Source: Adineta vaga (Eukaryota > Animalia > Rotifera). From it: DNA of 64,000 nucleotides. The notes beneath the pieces are model-generated. The model was not told where the DNA came from. It was given only the letters and a program-made list of their open reading frames with translations, and did no database searches. Shown here in pieces: positions 37,867-55,000 of the stretch (its first letter is position 1; every line of letters begins with the position of its first letter). Location: positions 3,410,001 to 3,474,000 of the forward strand of contig CP075493.1 of assembly GCA_021613535.1 (NCBI GenBank). The letters run 5' to 3'. The position numbers were made by a program, and so were the translations under genes.

Positions 37867-39692
37867 CAAAAATAAGCAAAAGAAAAACAATAAAATGACA
37901 TGAACAAGTTACTAAATATTATCCTTGCATGTTTTATTCCATTTAATTAGTGTCATTTTACGAGGAAAACAAAGATTGTAGAAATAAGAGAACTTTTCTT
38001 TCTAGCATACGGCTTTCTATGTCTTACCTGATGAAATGAGTATTGTGAACGGATGATTTTCTTTTTCTCCTTCCAGTAATTATCCTTCTAGATGTTTAAT
38101 AACATTCATACTAAGTAGCACGTAATGGAATGTCAATGTTACTACATGAAGAAACTCCGTATGTTTCAGGAAACGACGCGCGTTCGAGAGAGCAAAAGAA
38201 AAAAAAGAGAAAAAAAGACGAGAGAACAGAGATGTGATATAGAAATGACAATGATTCGTTCGCACTCAGGTTTTTCTCGTCTTCAGTTCTTTGTTCGTAG
38301 TTCTATTTCTTCTCATCATCGATATTGCGTGAGAAATGTAAGCCTAATTGATGTGTCATTGTCGATATTACTTTGTCAAAATAGACAATCAAACAATGAT
38401 GTGTTAAAAGAAGCTTTGTGTCGATCTGTATTTCATAAGCATCAAGTACATTTCAGTTTTAAGGACGACATATGAATGATCAAATAATGTTCTTATATAC
38501 GGAATAAATATTAGTTGATAGAAGAATGTTAATTAAGGAGAAGAAAAATACAACAACGATGATTTTACGTATGGAATATATTAGTTTGTATTTACCAGTC
38601 ATTTTTTTCTTTCGAACAGACTGTTGTCGTTTGTTTTATAATCAGATTTTTATGATTGATTGTATTCGATTGTAAATGTTTGCAATGAATTTTTAGCGAA
38701 GAAAAAAGAATATATGAATACGTGACAATGTTATTTTGCTATTATTTCAAATCATCAAATGATTGATGTCTTTGATGTTTTGTATTTGAAATGACGATAA
38801 AATATGGCGATTTTGTGTATTGCCTGAATGTTTTGTTTGTTCCACAGAATCAAACATGAAAGTTTACAGAATACAATTAATATGTTGGTTGACATTTGTT
38901 ATAATTGGAAGGAATTGTAATTATAGAATATTCTTCGTTCCAATTGACCTCATTTATTTTTCCGCTGATTCGATTGACCAATCTAAGCTATCACATGATT
39001 AGCTGAATACATTAGTCTATTTCGATAGAAACAACATTATGATAAGAAAATAAGATTGCTTATGAGATATTGATAGAGATCCTTACTACTCATTCAGCAT
39101 TTACTTAATTTCAGTAAGAATACCGTCTGCTATTCCTATGAAATATTTATCGAGGTACGATCTCATTTCATGTTATATCAAGAAAATAATTTACATTCTT
39201 TCAATGAACAAACCTTGTAAGACTTATAATCAATTAGATTCCATCTACTTGATTGAACGATAAACTCATCCTTTCAGCAAACTATTACAAGATGAAAGGA
39301 TCTTCTTGTTTACTGATATATATATATATATATGAAATGAAAATATTATTAGATGGTGGGAGTTGTTTTCTAAAGATTCATTGCATCTTAGAACTGTCAA
39401 TTCATGAATTTTGAGATTTCTACACACGATCTATCAATGCAAGAGTGACAGAATAGGAGTATTTTATCACTCATACTACACATAGAGAATTTTCATTCTT
39501 TAAATTATATTTGTAATTACAAGTTTTCTAAATGAAGTCTACATATACTTTATCCATTTATTATCCTTCGTCAAATTTCAAATTAATCTCACTAGAATGA
39601 AATAAAGATTATCATTGTATGAGTGATCAATTGTTTTTTATTTCATAAGACAATGTGTATATATACAGAAGAAAGAAAAACCAATGAATTTC

Positions 39693-40655
39693 TTATTTTT
39701 TTGCTCCTCCAAAACCACTAAATCCCATGATTGCAGCCATATCATCATTTCCAGCATCGTCATTACCTTGTAATGATTGATATTCATCTAGTTTTCGTTT
39801 TTTCGTTTCTTTTTTCTTATCGCGTCGTTGTGCTTTCATTTTTTCTTCCTGAAAACAAAAAGAATTCAACATAAAAAGTTGAATACACTAAGAAATCTTT
39901 CATAATATACTTCTTCTTTTGCTTCTTTAATACGTTCTTCGAAATTGTACTCTTTTTCTACTTGAGTTTGTTTTGCTTTATTCATTTCAATTCGTTTTCG
40001 AACTTGATCAACATTTGAACGTTCAACACGCATTGACATACCCATATTTCGTTGATCTAAATCAATCATTTTGCTTCATAAATCAATTGAAAGATGTTTT
40101 CAACTTACGCTTTTTTCCATTGATATGATCCAAAAAATTTATCGAATCTTTAACAATACAATCACATACATTACAATAATATCTAGAAAGAACATTTTTA
40201 TTAAATTATAGAGAAGAATAAGTTATGCTTTTGTTTACCCTCCGGCATCTGATGGTGCTGTTGCTTTAGTTACAATAACAGATTTTCCTAGACGAGAATC
40301 TAAATCAACCTGAAATTGATGCAAAAATAGGATTTAATGTTCTTTTTTGCTTGTGTACTATACAAACTTTGAATTCTCGTGCTTGAAGAAGTGTCCGAGC
40401 AATTTTTTTCTCATCACGTTTTCTTTGAGCTTCTTCTTCATCATCGTCATCATCATCATCACTATCGTCTTCTGTATTTGGTTTCTTTTTTACAGAACGA
40501 ATATTTTCTATACGATCACTCGCTTTCTTCTCAAATTCGCGTACATCCCATCGACGACGATGATCATCGCAACGCTAAATTCGATAAAAACAAGGATAAA
40601 AAGAGTTCATTATACATGACAAGTATTGATTACTTACTACACCCGGTACAGACAT
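39693..40655 (-). CDS. ZMAT2: Zinc finger matrin-type 2 (Snu23 homolog)
   Basis: [63 protein letters not shown]. Confidence 0.95.
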
Positions 40656-41570
40656 GACGAAACAATATAAACTTTGTGAATGTGAAATGCAAAGCAAAGC
40701 AAAGCAATCCAATGCTATTTTGCTACGTTTCCATTGGTTGTAATTGTATATCCATTGATATTCAACTGACGATTATTTCTAAATTAAAACTGAATTAAAT
40801 TTTTTTTTTATTCTGAATGATTATTTATAGTAAATAAGTTGATGGATTTGATGTTATATTATAGAACTGCACCACAGCGCCATCTTTTCTCTGATTGACA
40901 CTCAAATATTTAAATAAATAGAACTTCTTTTTTCTTACTCTTTTACGTTTTCTCTTTTACAAATTAATTTCTATGAAAATTCTGAAACACAGCATGAAAA
41001 ATAAATACAAGAATACTCGTGTCTGATATTTTCTCATTGATCAATCAATCATCATCATTTCTGTAAAGAATCTTCTGAGTAATGATTCATGTATTCACTG
41101 CCGTAGCCGTAATAGAAAAAAACAAACCTGACATTTTTCTTGTTTTCTTCCTAGCAGACGAGTAAATGCACATTTCTAATCATGAAGGTGTACTAGCGTA
41201 AAATGCAGACGCTGATCTTAATCTTCCTAATTTTAACGTATCGTATTAGAATATTTTTCAAGCATGAGAATAAATGAATGACACACTTCAATCGTTTTTC
41301 TTGATCTTTGGATAATAAGAGGAAGGAAGAGGGATATTTATTTTTCTTTATCGATGTTAAATGTCAATAGAAAAGAGGAGAATAGAAAGAAACTTATCTA
41401 TCTCAATTAATTGAATTCTCTTGCATAATCGATTGACTCGAGTCAACAAAACTTATCTTTTTTATTTGCATAAAGATTTCGAGCTTTGTCTCTCTCTCTC
41501 TCTCTTTCTCACTTCACATAGAGTTTATCTTGATTTCTTCCTTTTCTTCAATAGTTCATTTTAGTTAAAG

Positions 41571-43717
<2,147 letters not shown>

Positions 43718-44212
43718 TTTCTCCAGCAAATAAAAATTTGTTTTTGTCTTCGATGATAATCGCATTTTAAACAAATATCTTATATTTATAGAGCGTAACA
43801 AATCTGAATTGCTCATGCAATTATTAGTGTGTTTTAATCTTCTTTGTTTTTGTTTCTGGGGTTCTACTTGTTTTACATGTGATATATTTATTTACAAATA
43901 TGTTATGGTTTCTTTTTTTGTGAAGGGAAATCGTTGATGAGAATAATATTATGCAAGAAATAAATATTTAATACATAAATAGAAAAGCATATGTGATGAA
44001 GCATATATTGTTGATGAAATAGAAGAAATATTCAAATAAATTGTTGTATCGAAACTCAATGTTGAATCGATTTCAGTTCTAAAGTAAAGAGAAAAGAAAG
44101 TTTGCAGAAATTGAACAAGATTTGTTTTCTTACGTAGAATAAAGTTCGAGTTCTTGGGACACTGATACCGTACTGGTTGCACTAAAAGACAAATTGAATT
44201 TGATTGAAAACT

Positions 44213-45516
44213 TTATAATCGAACAATGAGTAAATCTAACCTAGTAGTCAACGTAAGAATCGATGCATTTAGTGCTAAATTTTCTTCACCATACACTTCT
44301 TTCAAAATTTCATATCGTTCGCATAGACCGCAGAGGTCAGGACATTCTAATGGAACATTAACAGCAACACATGAAACTGATGAATGGTAAGGACAAGACG
44401 GTAATATCGAACAATTTACTAAAATATGATAACATTGAATGATTACTAATAAAGTGAGGAAATTGTTTACATTTTTCACAATAAGTTCCAGTTGCATAGG
44501 AAGAACATTGACATTCACATGTTTGTAAATCAAGAGTACCATTATAGAGACAAACTTTACCTTGACAATCTATATGCAAATTTTGAATTTTTCAAAGAAA
44601 GCACATGTTTTAACTTGGTATTACCATGTAATGGATAATTTGGAATACCTTGTCGAAATGCTGCATGATAATTGCTATTTATTATTCTATTTGAAAGAAT
44701 TTTTGATTATATATTCATTTGAATATGTGATCTCGATCTTATTTACCCTGTGATATAGTTACAAACATAAAAAGACCATGAAATATTGTACGATCCAAAC
44801 GGAGGACAAATTGTTGCAGCACATCCAATCAAGACCGATGAATGCCAAATCATCTGTATGAAAATATTCTATAAAATTTCATGCTATGACTCGACAAGTT
44901 ATCTTACTTGACTATAATGACTGAAAATATTCGTAGCAGGATAACTATGATAATAGTGTTCTTTTTCTTCAATCCATCCTTCCAATACTTCTGTCCAATT
45001 TTCATAACCAATCGCTAAATTTTGTCCAGACGATAACGGAATTCCTACAATGTTGTAATACAAACAAGTGCTCCATCAATGTTCTGTAACATACTTGGTA
45101 CACTACGTTGATTCGGTTTATCATGTTCAAACATACATGTTCGAGCAAGACCAAGAGCAATTTCTTCTAATTCATCATTCCAATACTATAAGATTCATTC
45201 AAATTCAAATAGTACTAAAGGATACGGAAGAACGGCAAACAATACCATTTTCTCAAGATTAGTACCATGTGTATGTTGTCGTTCGCAGTTATGCATGTAA
45301 AGAATATATTCACGTTCGAATGGAGTAACACGTTGTTCAATGACATTTGGAAATGACGAAGAACAAAATGAATGATTCGGATCAATTGAACGGTATTCCA
45401 ATGGACATGAATCTACATTAACTATACTAATTGTATTCTAAATAGTATATCTCTTTCTTACCCGAACAATTAACTATATAAATAATGAAGAAAAAATAGA
45501 AGAATTCTCTGAACAT
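44213..45516 (-). CDS. CAP (SCP/CRISP) domain protein with EGF-like and ShK-like modules, paralog 2
   Basis: Signal-like N-terminus, CPLEYRSIDPNHSFC, ILYMHNCER, YWNDEL, EHD, GQNLA, SHYSQMIW, YVCNYITG, CLYNGTLDLQTCECQC, ECPDLCGLC. Confidence 0.85.
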
Positions 45517-46033
45517 CTTCTTGCAAACGTCAAATAAATATTCTATATGAATAAGTCGGTTGATCAAAGGCACGTCTAATGTATTTATATTGAGATAGAT
45601 AGATGTTTCTCCTATGTTATACGTTATCTTTCATAATGGTACAATATCAAATCTATAACCATTATCATTACTTGACAAATGGGACTTATGTGAAATATGA
45701 ATAGACAAATTACATTGATTATTTAACTTATACATGGCTGATAGAAAAAATTTCCTTGTTCGATAGACTTATAGATAGTGAAGATCTATGCAAAAGATTT
45801 ATATTTATCAGTTCCTTCTTTTTCTTTTTAAATAACAAAAACAAAATGCAACAACATTGCCAAGAGCAAAAGAAGAAAACAAACCGACTAAAAGAACTGA
45901 TCAAAACAAGAAAAAGAATCAATATAGTTAAATAAAAAAAGAGAAAGAAAGAATCAATGCCAAATCATATGAGAATCGATTAGAAATAAACTTCTGACTA
46001 GGAAGACGAAAAATGTAAATAGATGATGTTTGT

Positions 46034-49000
46034 TCAGGAATTTTTCGTCGATGTTGGTTTTTTACGTCGTACGATTGGTAATGGAAGTTTACTAGGTCGT
46101 CGTGATTGTACAGAATTAGTTGATACAAAGGAATTTTCTGAGAGGATACTATCACGGCTTGATGTTCGACTTAAAGTTGATGCCGCCGGAGTATACATAG
46201 AAGTAGCAATTGGAATTTGAGATTGTTTTGTTTCAAAATCACCTTCATTTAAAAGAAATATTCAATTTGATTTTTGAGAATGGAATGACTTACTAGATAT
46301 ATGTGGTGAAGTGGATAGATCATCTGTTGATATGGATAAATCACTATTCAATGAGAAATTTGGTGGTGGAATTAATGACATGGATGATGATGAAGGTCGT
46401 CGAGGCTTGTCTTTTGCAGGCTAGAAAATATGTTGTTAGAAGAATAGTTTAATTCATCGAAATAATCGACTAACTCGAATTGGTGTGATGGTCGGTGATG
46501 ATTTCGATGTTGAACCAGTCGACGATTGCGGTTGTAAAAGATAGTTTGATTGGCGAACAGTAGCAAACCTTGGTTTGAATAATGTCATTGTTTGAGCAGT
46601 ACCTTCACGTAGTATGTAATTTTCTGGATATAATTCAAAGTTAGTACGACCTTTAGCTAGGAAAAAGATCAATGAAATTGATAAATAGTTTCAAGCATTT
46701 TCTGGATAAGGATATAGTTTAGTTTACATACACAATCAGAACAACACATATTAATGTACAACAATACATAGAAGTACCTGTAGCGATAGCGGTTAAAAAT
46801 TGATTGTAGATATACAGTCCTGAACACAATAAATCGATTACTAATTTTATCGTTTTTTCATAACATTCAATGAACTAAACGCCTTTCGGACAGGATTTTC
46901 GTGAAAATTAGTAAGTGTGAAAAAGATGTATTAGTATTCTATTAATGACAGATGATCAAAAGTCAATGAATATTTGAATTCGAGAAAACTTTCACACATA
47001 GAATGTCCTTCGATCGGCTCATCTCAAATCACGAAGTACCTGCAAACGCCCAGGAAGCAAGCTGAATATGTAGAAATGATGAATTATTAGTCATTTGATC
47101 GACTAAATTTATCCTCTGCGAATCTGTAATCATCGACATGTGATATTTCATAGGTCCTCTCAATCTGTGAACTAGAATAATAAAGTATCAGGAATATAAC
47201 ATGAATTTTGGTAACATCTATATCCTAAGTATTTCTATTTCCTTTACCTCGACAAGGATCATGTCTAACAAGAAATTCGTCTAATGCAGTCCATCCACCA
47301 CCAACTCGTACCATAACCGTCGATCGAAGTATACGAACAAGACGAAGACTTTGTGATCCACCAAACTAAAACAAACATATATATATATACCTATTTGATT
47401 TATACATCGAACTATCAATTATTTACTCGATATCGTCCTTCAGCTACTTGTTGTACATGATATTTATTTGAACATTGACAAAGCGATGTTTGTCGATGAA
47501 CTTCACTTTTAATTCGATCAATATCAGCGATTATTGGTCGCACAATCTATAAAATCATCACTAAAGATACGCATTCAAATCATTTTCGAATACCTTTTTC
47601 GTTTCTTGAAAAACTTTTTCTAATTCTGCCGTTCGTTCACTTGTTCGTGTTAGAAGTCTTTGCCAACGTGTTTGAACTGTTGTAAATGAATTCATTATTT
47701 GATTTATATCAGATTTCGATGATATCATCTTTAAATGTGTAGCTAATTTATCTAAATTAAGAAATTGTTGTTTCGATATATCTAATTGTTTTTGAAAGGT
47801 TTTTTGTTCATCCATTTGATTCAATAATAATTGATAGAAACCAAAACGACGTGGAATAGGTTTTCGTGTATTTAGAAATCGTTCATTTTCACTTAATAAT
47901 TCCAGAAATTTTTGTAATAATCGTTGAAAATGTTCAATGGAATGTTTTAATTGACGTAATGCATCATGTTTACCTACTAAACGTTGTTTAATTTCGATAA
48001 AGCGTTCTAAAAAAAGTATACATACACACAAAAATGAGAAAGAAACAAAAACAAGATTAGCTTACTTTTTAATTCCGTATTTTCATTTGAAAATTTATTC
48101 TGAATTTGTTCTTCGAGATATTCTAAACATTGTATAAGTATCGAGAAATTTGTTTGTATTGTACTTTCATAAATTTGCTTATCAATCACATTCAATTCCT
48201 GAGAGATTTTTTCGAATAGTTGATGATTGAATTTCATTTGTTCTAATCGATTTTGAAGAAAAATATATTTGTCATTTGTTTGAGTAAGTAATTCTTCCCA
48301 ACGTTCATTTATGATGAAAACAGATTGTTGATCTTCAAAATCACTTTGTTTCAATTGTTCAATATCATACGAAATCAATTGAATATCATTCAAAAGTATA
48401 CGAAATTTTGCAAGTGAAATTTCGATTTGTTTCATATCATCGAGATTTGTATCAGTTGTATTCGTCAACTTAAAATAGAGAATTTCGAAGTACATGCATC
48501 TAAAGATTGAGTTATATCAGTTATTACATCGTCGGTACGATGTTGACGAAGTGCTACATCATAAATGAGCATTTTTCTGAAAAAAAAAGAAAACAATGAA
48601 ATAATAGAGATTGATCAAAACTGAATTTGTTATTAGTTACTGTTCTTGAATTTGATCATTCAATTGATTCCATTTCGAATCGATTTCTATCAGATGATGT
48701 TCATTGGAAGTATCATTTTGTTGATGAATATCAGTATAATCTTGTTTTAAATGAATAATATCAAGATATTTTTCATCTAAATCTTCTTTTATTGTTCGAA
48801 TATGTTCCAAATGATGTTTATCTTCAGTTTTAGTACATAAATTTGATGTTTGATCAATCCATGTGAATACATTGGTTAATTTCGATTGAAATTCCACAGA
48901 TTTAATCATTGCTTGAGTTAATTCATTTTGATATCTAGTTAATTCTTTTTCCAAACGATTCCATTCTTGTTCTAATTGATGAATGTAACTTTGAATTTCT

Positions 49001-52000
49001 TGAATTTCTTGTTCATTATCTGGAATCATGATTAAGAATTGTAAACTATGTTGCTGAATAAATATCTGATATTTCGATTGTTGATTCGAAAATTTCGTTA
49101 ATAATTCATTGAATCTTTCTTGTTCATGTTGAATATGTTCGGATGATGTTGAACATGGATGAATTTGTGTTAATTGAGCAGAGATTTGATTGAGAAAAAT
49201 GGAAAGTTCATTGTATTCAAACCAGAATTGATTTGCACATGTTTGAGTTAGAAGAAGATTTTCTTGTCGTAAATCATTTGATTGTTTCATAATTGACCAA
49301 TGATTATTGAGGATATGAAGTTTTTCATTGATATCTATATCAATTGAAAACAAAGATTTCGAATTTATTTTTATATCTAGAAAACTAATCTAACCTTTGA
49401 TTGTATTTGTATCTTCTTGATGAAGATTCATTCGATTTAATCGTTCGATATTTGAAAACAATTGTTCGAATATAATTTGACGTTTTTCTAATTCATTTTG
49501 TACAACCGCATTATCAATCAATTGTTCAGTTAATTTATCTGGTTGTGATGATATCACATCACTTGTTGATGATACTAATAATTCGGATAGTTCATTCATT
49601 GCATTATCTAATTCATCGATCTGATGATGAAGTTCATCAATCGATTGAATTGTTGTTGATGATGAAATCTACAAAGAAAATTTCAATAGAAATGTTTACT
49701 ATTCGATATAATTCGTACTTCATTTAGTTTTACTGGTGTAGATGATGGTGTGTTATTTAAACGTGCTGTAATTTTTAACATAAGATTATCATAATGATGA
49801 TTGATGGTTTCTACCAATTGTTCAACAGAATTTTCATTGGAAGAATTCGTTTCTGAACTTTGCAATAAAAGTTCAGCTTTTTGATTTAATATTTCGATTT
49901 GTTCATAGAATTTTTCCGTTTCTTTCTGAAAATGATTCAATTCATTGTATGATAATCTATCCAAATAAAACTCTTTTTCATTGAGTAAATTTAACAAATG
50001 TTTAGCTGATTGAAAAAATTCTCGTAAATCTTCTTGATGTAATTGAAGATAATCAATTCCATCCAAAATAAATTCTATACATTCACACCAAGATTTTTCT
50101 AAATCAAATGAATAGATTTGAAAAAAAAAGAAAAAAAAACAAACAAACAAATCGTTTTACCAATAGTTTCAATTTCATTTCGAATCGAATCCACGGCAAT
50201 GTATGATTGACCGGTTTTGATTAAAGTAAAACCAATTGTTTTATAATCATCAATTGTAAATGACATCGATTTAAGTCGATCGAATGTTTTCTAATCAGTT
50301 TATATTCACAAGAGAAATGTTTGATATGAAGAAAAACTTACTTGATAGTTTTGTAACATATCTTCAATTTGTTGATTGTCTAATGGAAGTCTTGTATTCT
50401 CATTGAGATTTACTAAAGATTTCGCTTTTGTAATAGAATCTTGTGCAATTTGTTTGGATAAATAATATTGATCAATATGTTGTTGAAGATTTTCTAATTG
50501 TTGAATATATTGAACAATTCGTTGTTTAATTCGATGATAATCTTCATTGATTTTATCAGTTTGATTTTGAATAATCGATGTCATTTTTGTAAGATTTCTT
50601 TCTTCAGTTGATTGAAATTGATTATAAACTTTCAAAAGATTAGCTGATGAATAAAATGCAATGAATTGTTCATTGAAAGTTTTCAATTGTTCAACAGGTA
50701 GTTGTGTATGTTCAATTAATAATTGTTGACATATGGAAATAGTTAATTGTTGATTTAATACTTGATCTGTTGTAATTAACCATTGTTGAATATGATTCAT
50801 AGTTAATTCATATTGATCGAAAATGACTTGTCGATGATGAAGAATTGTTTTTAAATCATTTTGTAATTGTTTATAATGTTTTTCATGTTCATTAACTTGT
50901 GTAATAAGTTCAAGAATTTCATTTTCATCTTGTATATTTTCATTTTGTAATAATTCATTAACTAATTTCGTGTATAATTTCTGATCAATAGTTGATTCTT
51001 GTTCGTTAGTTAATAAATATTGAATACTTGTAAAATCGAATTCATCATTTTGTTCGATTTGTTCCGTTAATAAACGAAGATTTTTTGCATAATTATCAAT
51101 TAAAAATGCATGTTCAAGATGAAATTCATTTAAACATGTTGATAAACGATTAATTTGTTCATTATATTGATTGGCTCGTTGTTCTAATAATTGAAAATGT
51201 TGTTCGATAAATTTGATAGACTTTCTATCATTATCATCAAATAGTTCTTCATGATTAATAGTTGTATTTAGATTTGAATCGAATGAAAATCGACGTGTTC
51301 GTAGTTGTGCATGAAATTGTCGAAAATGAATGATTTGTTCATCAAGTTTCGAACGTTTTAATGATAATGGTTGAGAGAGAAAATTATTTTCTAAAGAATT
51401 GATTAACCATGTTTTGAATTCAGCGAGATTTTCTTGAATTGTTTGACGTTCTTGAAGAAAACGTTGGATTAAATCGAAATGATGCATTAAACGTTTTTGA
51501 CCATTATTGTATCGTTCAGTATGAGAATCAAGCAATGTTGAAAGCTGAGAAAAGAGAAAAAGAAATGTATGCTTTTTTTATATATGTTTATGCTGTCTGC
51601 GTGTGTGTTGAAAAGCGAGCGCAAAATAACATATTATGATCATCTTGAGGGTTTTCTTTTCTTCTTCTTCTTTTTTTCGAAGAGGAAAAAGAAAGAATTC
51701 TATTTTTCTATAGAAGGTTTTTCTTGTTCTGTAGTTTGCCTTCTCAAGAATGGAATATATAAAGAAAACAAGAAAAAGAAAAACATCGAATTCAGATTTA
51801 CTAGTTATTTAGTAAAATTCAATCAGTACTTACGTGTTCTTGAATTTGAGTTGATGTGATTGATGGTGAATTGGGTTCATGAATTGCAAGTAGATGAAGT
51901 TTATCTAATTGTTGTTGAACATTGAGTAAAAGTATTTGTAAAGTATTATCATCATTCTAATAAAAGAAATAAGGAATGAAATGATGAGATTTATTGATAA

Positions 52001-55000
52001 AAAGTTGTACTTTTTTGTTGATGGTAAGATGTTGATCGAATTCATTCATAGATTGAATAAATTCATTGTTTAAATGATTGATTTCATTGAATAGAATGAT
52101 TGAACGTTCATAACGATCAGAGATTTGTTTTGTATGGTTGAAAAAATCAGAATATTTCGAAGATAAAAGTTGAAAACGTTGTTGATATTGTTGGAAAAGA
52201 CTTTTCGATTGTCGATCATTCGTTGCTTGTTGAAAATCTCGAATAATCAAATCAATTGTTTGTAAATGTTCTTGTAAAGTTTTAAGAGTAGTTTGTAAAT
52301 GAATTCCTTGGTTTAAAACATCTTTTAACTTGTCATTATCTGCATTTAATGTGAGTAATTCCGACGTTCTGGATATCTCTTTATTATTTTTCTCAAACCA
52401 TTCAGCTATATAAGTATACGTAATATTAAATTGATCCGTTTGATGTAGAAAACGTTCGAGAATTGAACTCAAATTCTTGTTTATGTCACATATCTATAAT
52501 GATTGAAAATTTACCATAGAATCTATTTATCCTAAACTTATCATTGTTGAATAGAAATTGACATTACTAACTGATCTTATTCATGCTAATGGTACAGTCG
52601 TCTTTGTTTTGTTTATTATCCTTCCCGTTTATCTGTATACTCCTAATATAACATATACTTGTTATGTAAACTGTCGACAGACATTATCTTGTTTATATAA
52701 CACCTGCTACGTCTAATAACAAACAATGCGAACGAGGATCTCTGTTTTAATAAGCTAATTCGAATGCAACTTCATAACATATCAAGATTTTCGAAAACAA
52801 TGAGAAAACTAAATTCGATAGTTGTTAATCATAAAATGAGGACTATACATACTTCAATTTGTTTTTCTTCCAAATCTTTACTCAATATCATCAATTGAGG
52901 ATTGATATAAACAGCTCGTTGAGAAAGCATTTTCATTCTTGCCTTTTCTTTTTCAACTTCAGAATGTAATGTCTACAAAATAATTGAAAAATAATGAGAC
53001 CTTTTGTCTCCGATTGTTTCCTTCATACTTTTATTTCTTGTACATTCATTCGAAGTTCATCAAGATTGTCAGTTAAATATACATATTGATTTAATTGCGT
53101 ATGTAATACTGTTAAACGATCTGTTGCATCTTGCATATCTGATATCCATTGTTGTTCTTCATTCTAAAGAGAAATATTCATTAGATAATATTGAAATTTC
53201 TTGTATGTTAAACTTTCTAGAAAAATAACGAAAACATGCAGAACAACGAGCAGCAATATGCAAGCATTATTTTACGTGAAATTAGTCTTGATGAATTGAT
53301 TAGAAAATCATCTGAGTAGAAGAAAGAGAATTACAGAATTCATTGTTCCTATCTAATTCATATTTTAAAGATTTACCGACATTTTCGACGTAGATTCCAA
53401 TGAATCATCATCTGCATCAACACAAGACTCGCTCTGTAATGAACTTTGCGAGTCATTTTCCTGAAAAAAGTAACAAAAATCAATTGAATATTTGCCAAAC
53501 AAAAGATTAATCTAAACACCCATTTGACATGCATTGAATTAGAAGAAAAGATCAAACTAAGTACTATGTAGGAATCTTTGATAACTAACAATTACTACAA
53601 TATGAATATCTACTCGACTTGTCATACTATACAAACTCATTGATTTTCTAAAGCTCTGTTTCAATATCGTTCATACAATATTTTATCCTCAATTGAACTC
53701 GTTCATGGATTGTTTGTCATTTTACTCATGATAAACATTTGATAAATTTTTCATATACATTATATTTTGAATCTTTCTCTATCTTCTTGTCTCTATTTTT
53801 TCCAAGACAAAGAAAAAAAAACGAAAACGAAAAAAAAACAGTGTACAATCGTAATAAAAGAGTGAAGCGCGGTAGAGCAAATAGATATAGATATGTATAT
53901 ACTAAAAGAAAAAGGCTCTCTAGGTGGGTTGATTTCTCATTTTGTGTATATAGTTACGTTTTTTTCTTTTGATCTAATACTAGCACAAATTAGAGACAAA
54001 AAAAAGCAAACAAAATAAACGTTTATACACAAGCAGAACAAGACACAAGTTAGGAAATTTTGTTCTGTACACATAACAAAGAAGAATAAGAATAAATCAT
54101 AATAGTAATAACAACAGCAACAACAACAAAAGTTGAAGAGATTCCTAATTGAATATTTCTGTCGAAGTTTATTGTACGAAAATAGATAACCAAGAAGAAG
54201 ATGTTGATGATATTGTTGGAACAAGTGTTAATAAATATAAGTAATAGGAAAGAAAGAGCATCAAATCATAATGATTATAGTCAATAGAAGAAGGACGGAC
54301 CATGGATGCCAACGGACTCATCTAGAATAGATTGGAACATGCGTCATTCAGAAGAAAGGAGATGAATTTTCTTTTGATTTTAACTCACCTTGAATTGTAC
54401 TGTTGATAAAGAAGAAATTTCTTCTTCTTCTAAAAGGAAAAAAATAACATATCAATTGACCTTCAATAATAAAGTACATCGATTATTATGAAAGACTAAC
54501 TTAGTCTTTACTAAAATAGAAGACATCTAACATCGAGACGATAAATAAATCAAATGTTTTCTATAATAACATCGCGTTTCTTTAAATAGAATGAACAACG
54601 ATAAATGATACTTACGTTTCTGTTGAAAACCAGATGATGTCCGTCCTCCTTGTGATCGATTTGATGATCCATCGGTTTGTTGTGTTGTTCGTGTTGTAAC
54701 GCTTGAATAAAATGTATTTCCTCCACTACGTTTTGAACTTGGTCCACCTCCGTTACCAAAGGTATCATCGTCATCATTATTTCCTTTTTTCCAACCACTT
54801 CTCCAATCATCATCTCGACATCTTCCCGATGGACTTGAACCAGTTCGTCGTCGAATTGTTCGTTTTAATTCACTTGTTTCATCTGTACTTAGAGGACTAA
54901 AAGCACGTGTTCGTGATTTAATACGATGCCAACCACCACTTCCATGTGAATCTTCATCAGCTGAATCCGGTGCACTATTATAATCATAATGTAATGAACT

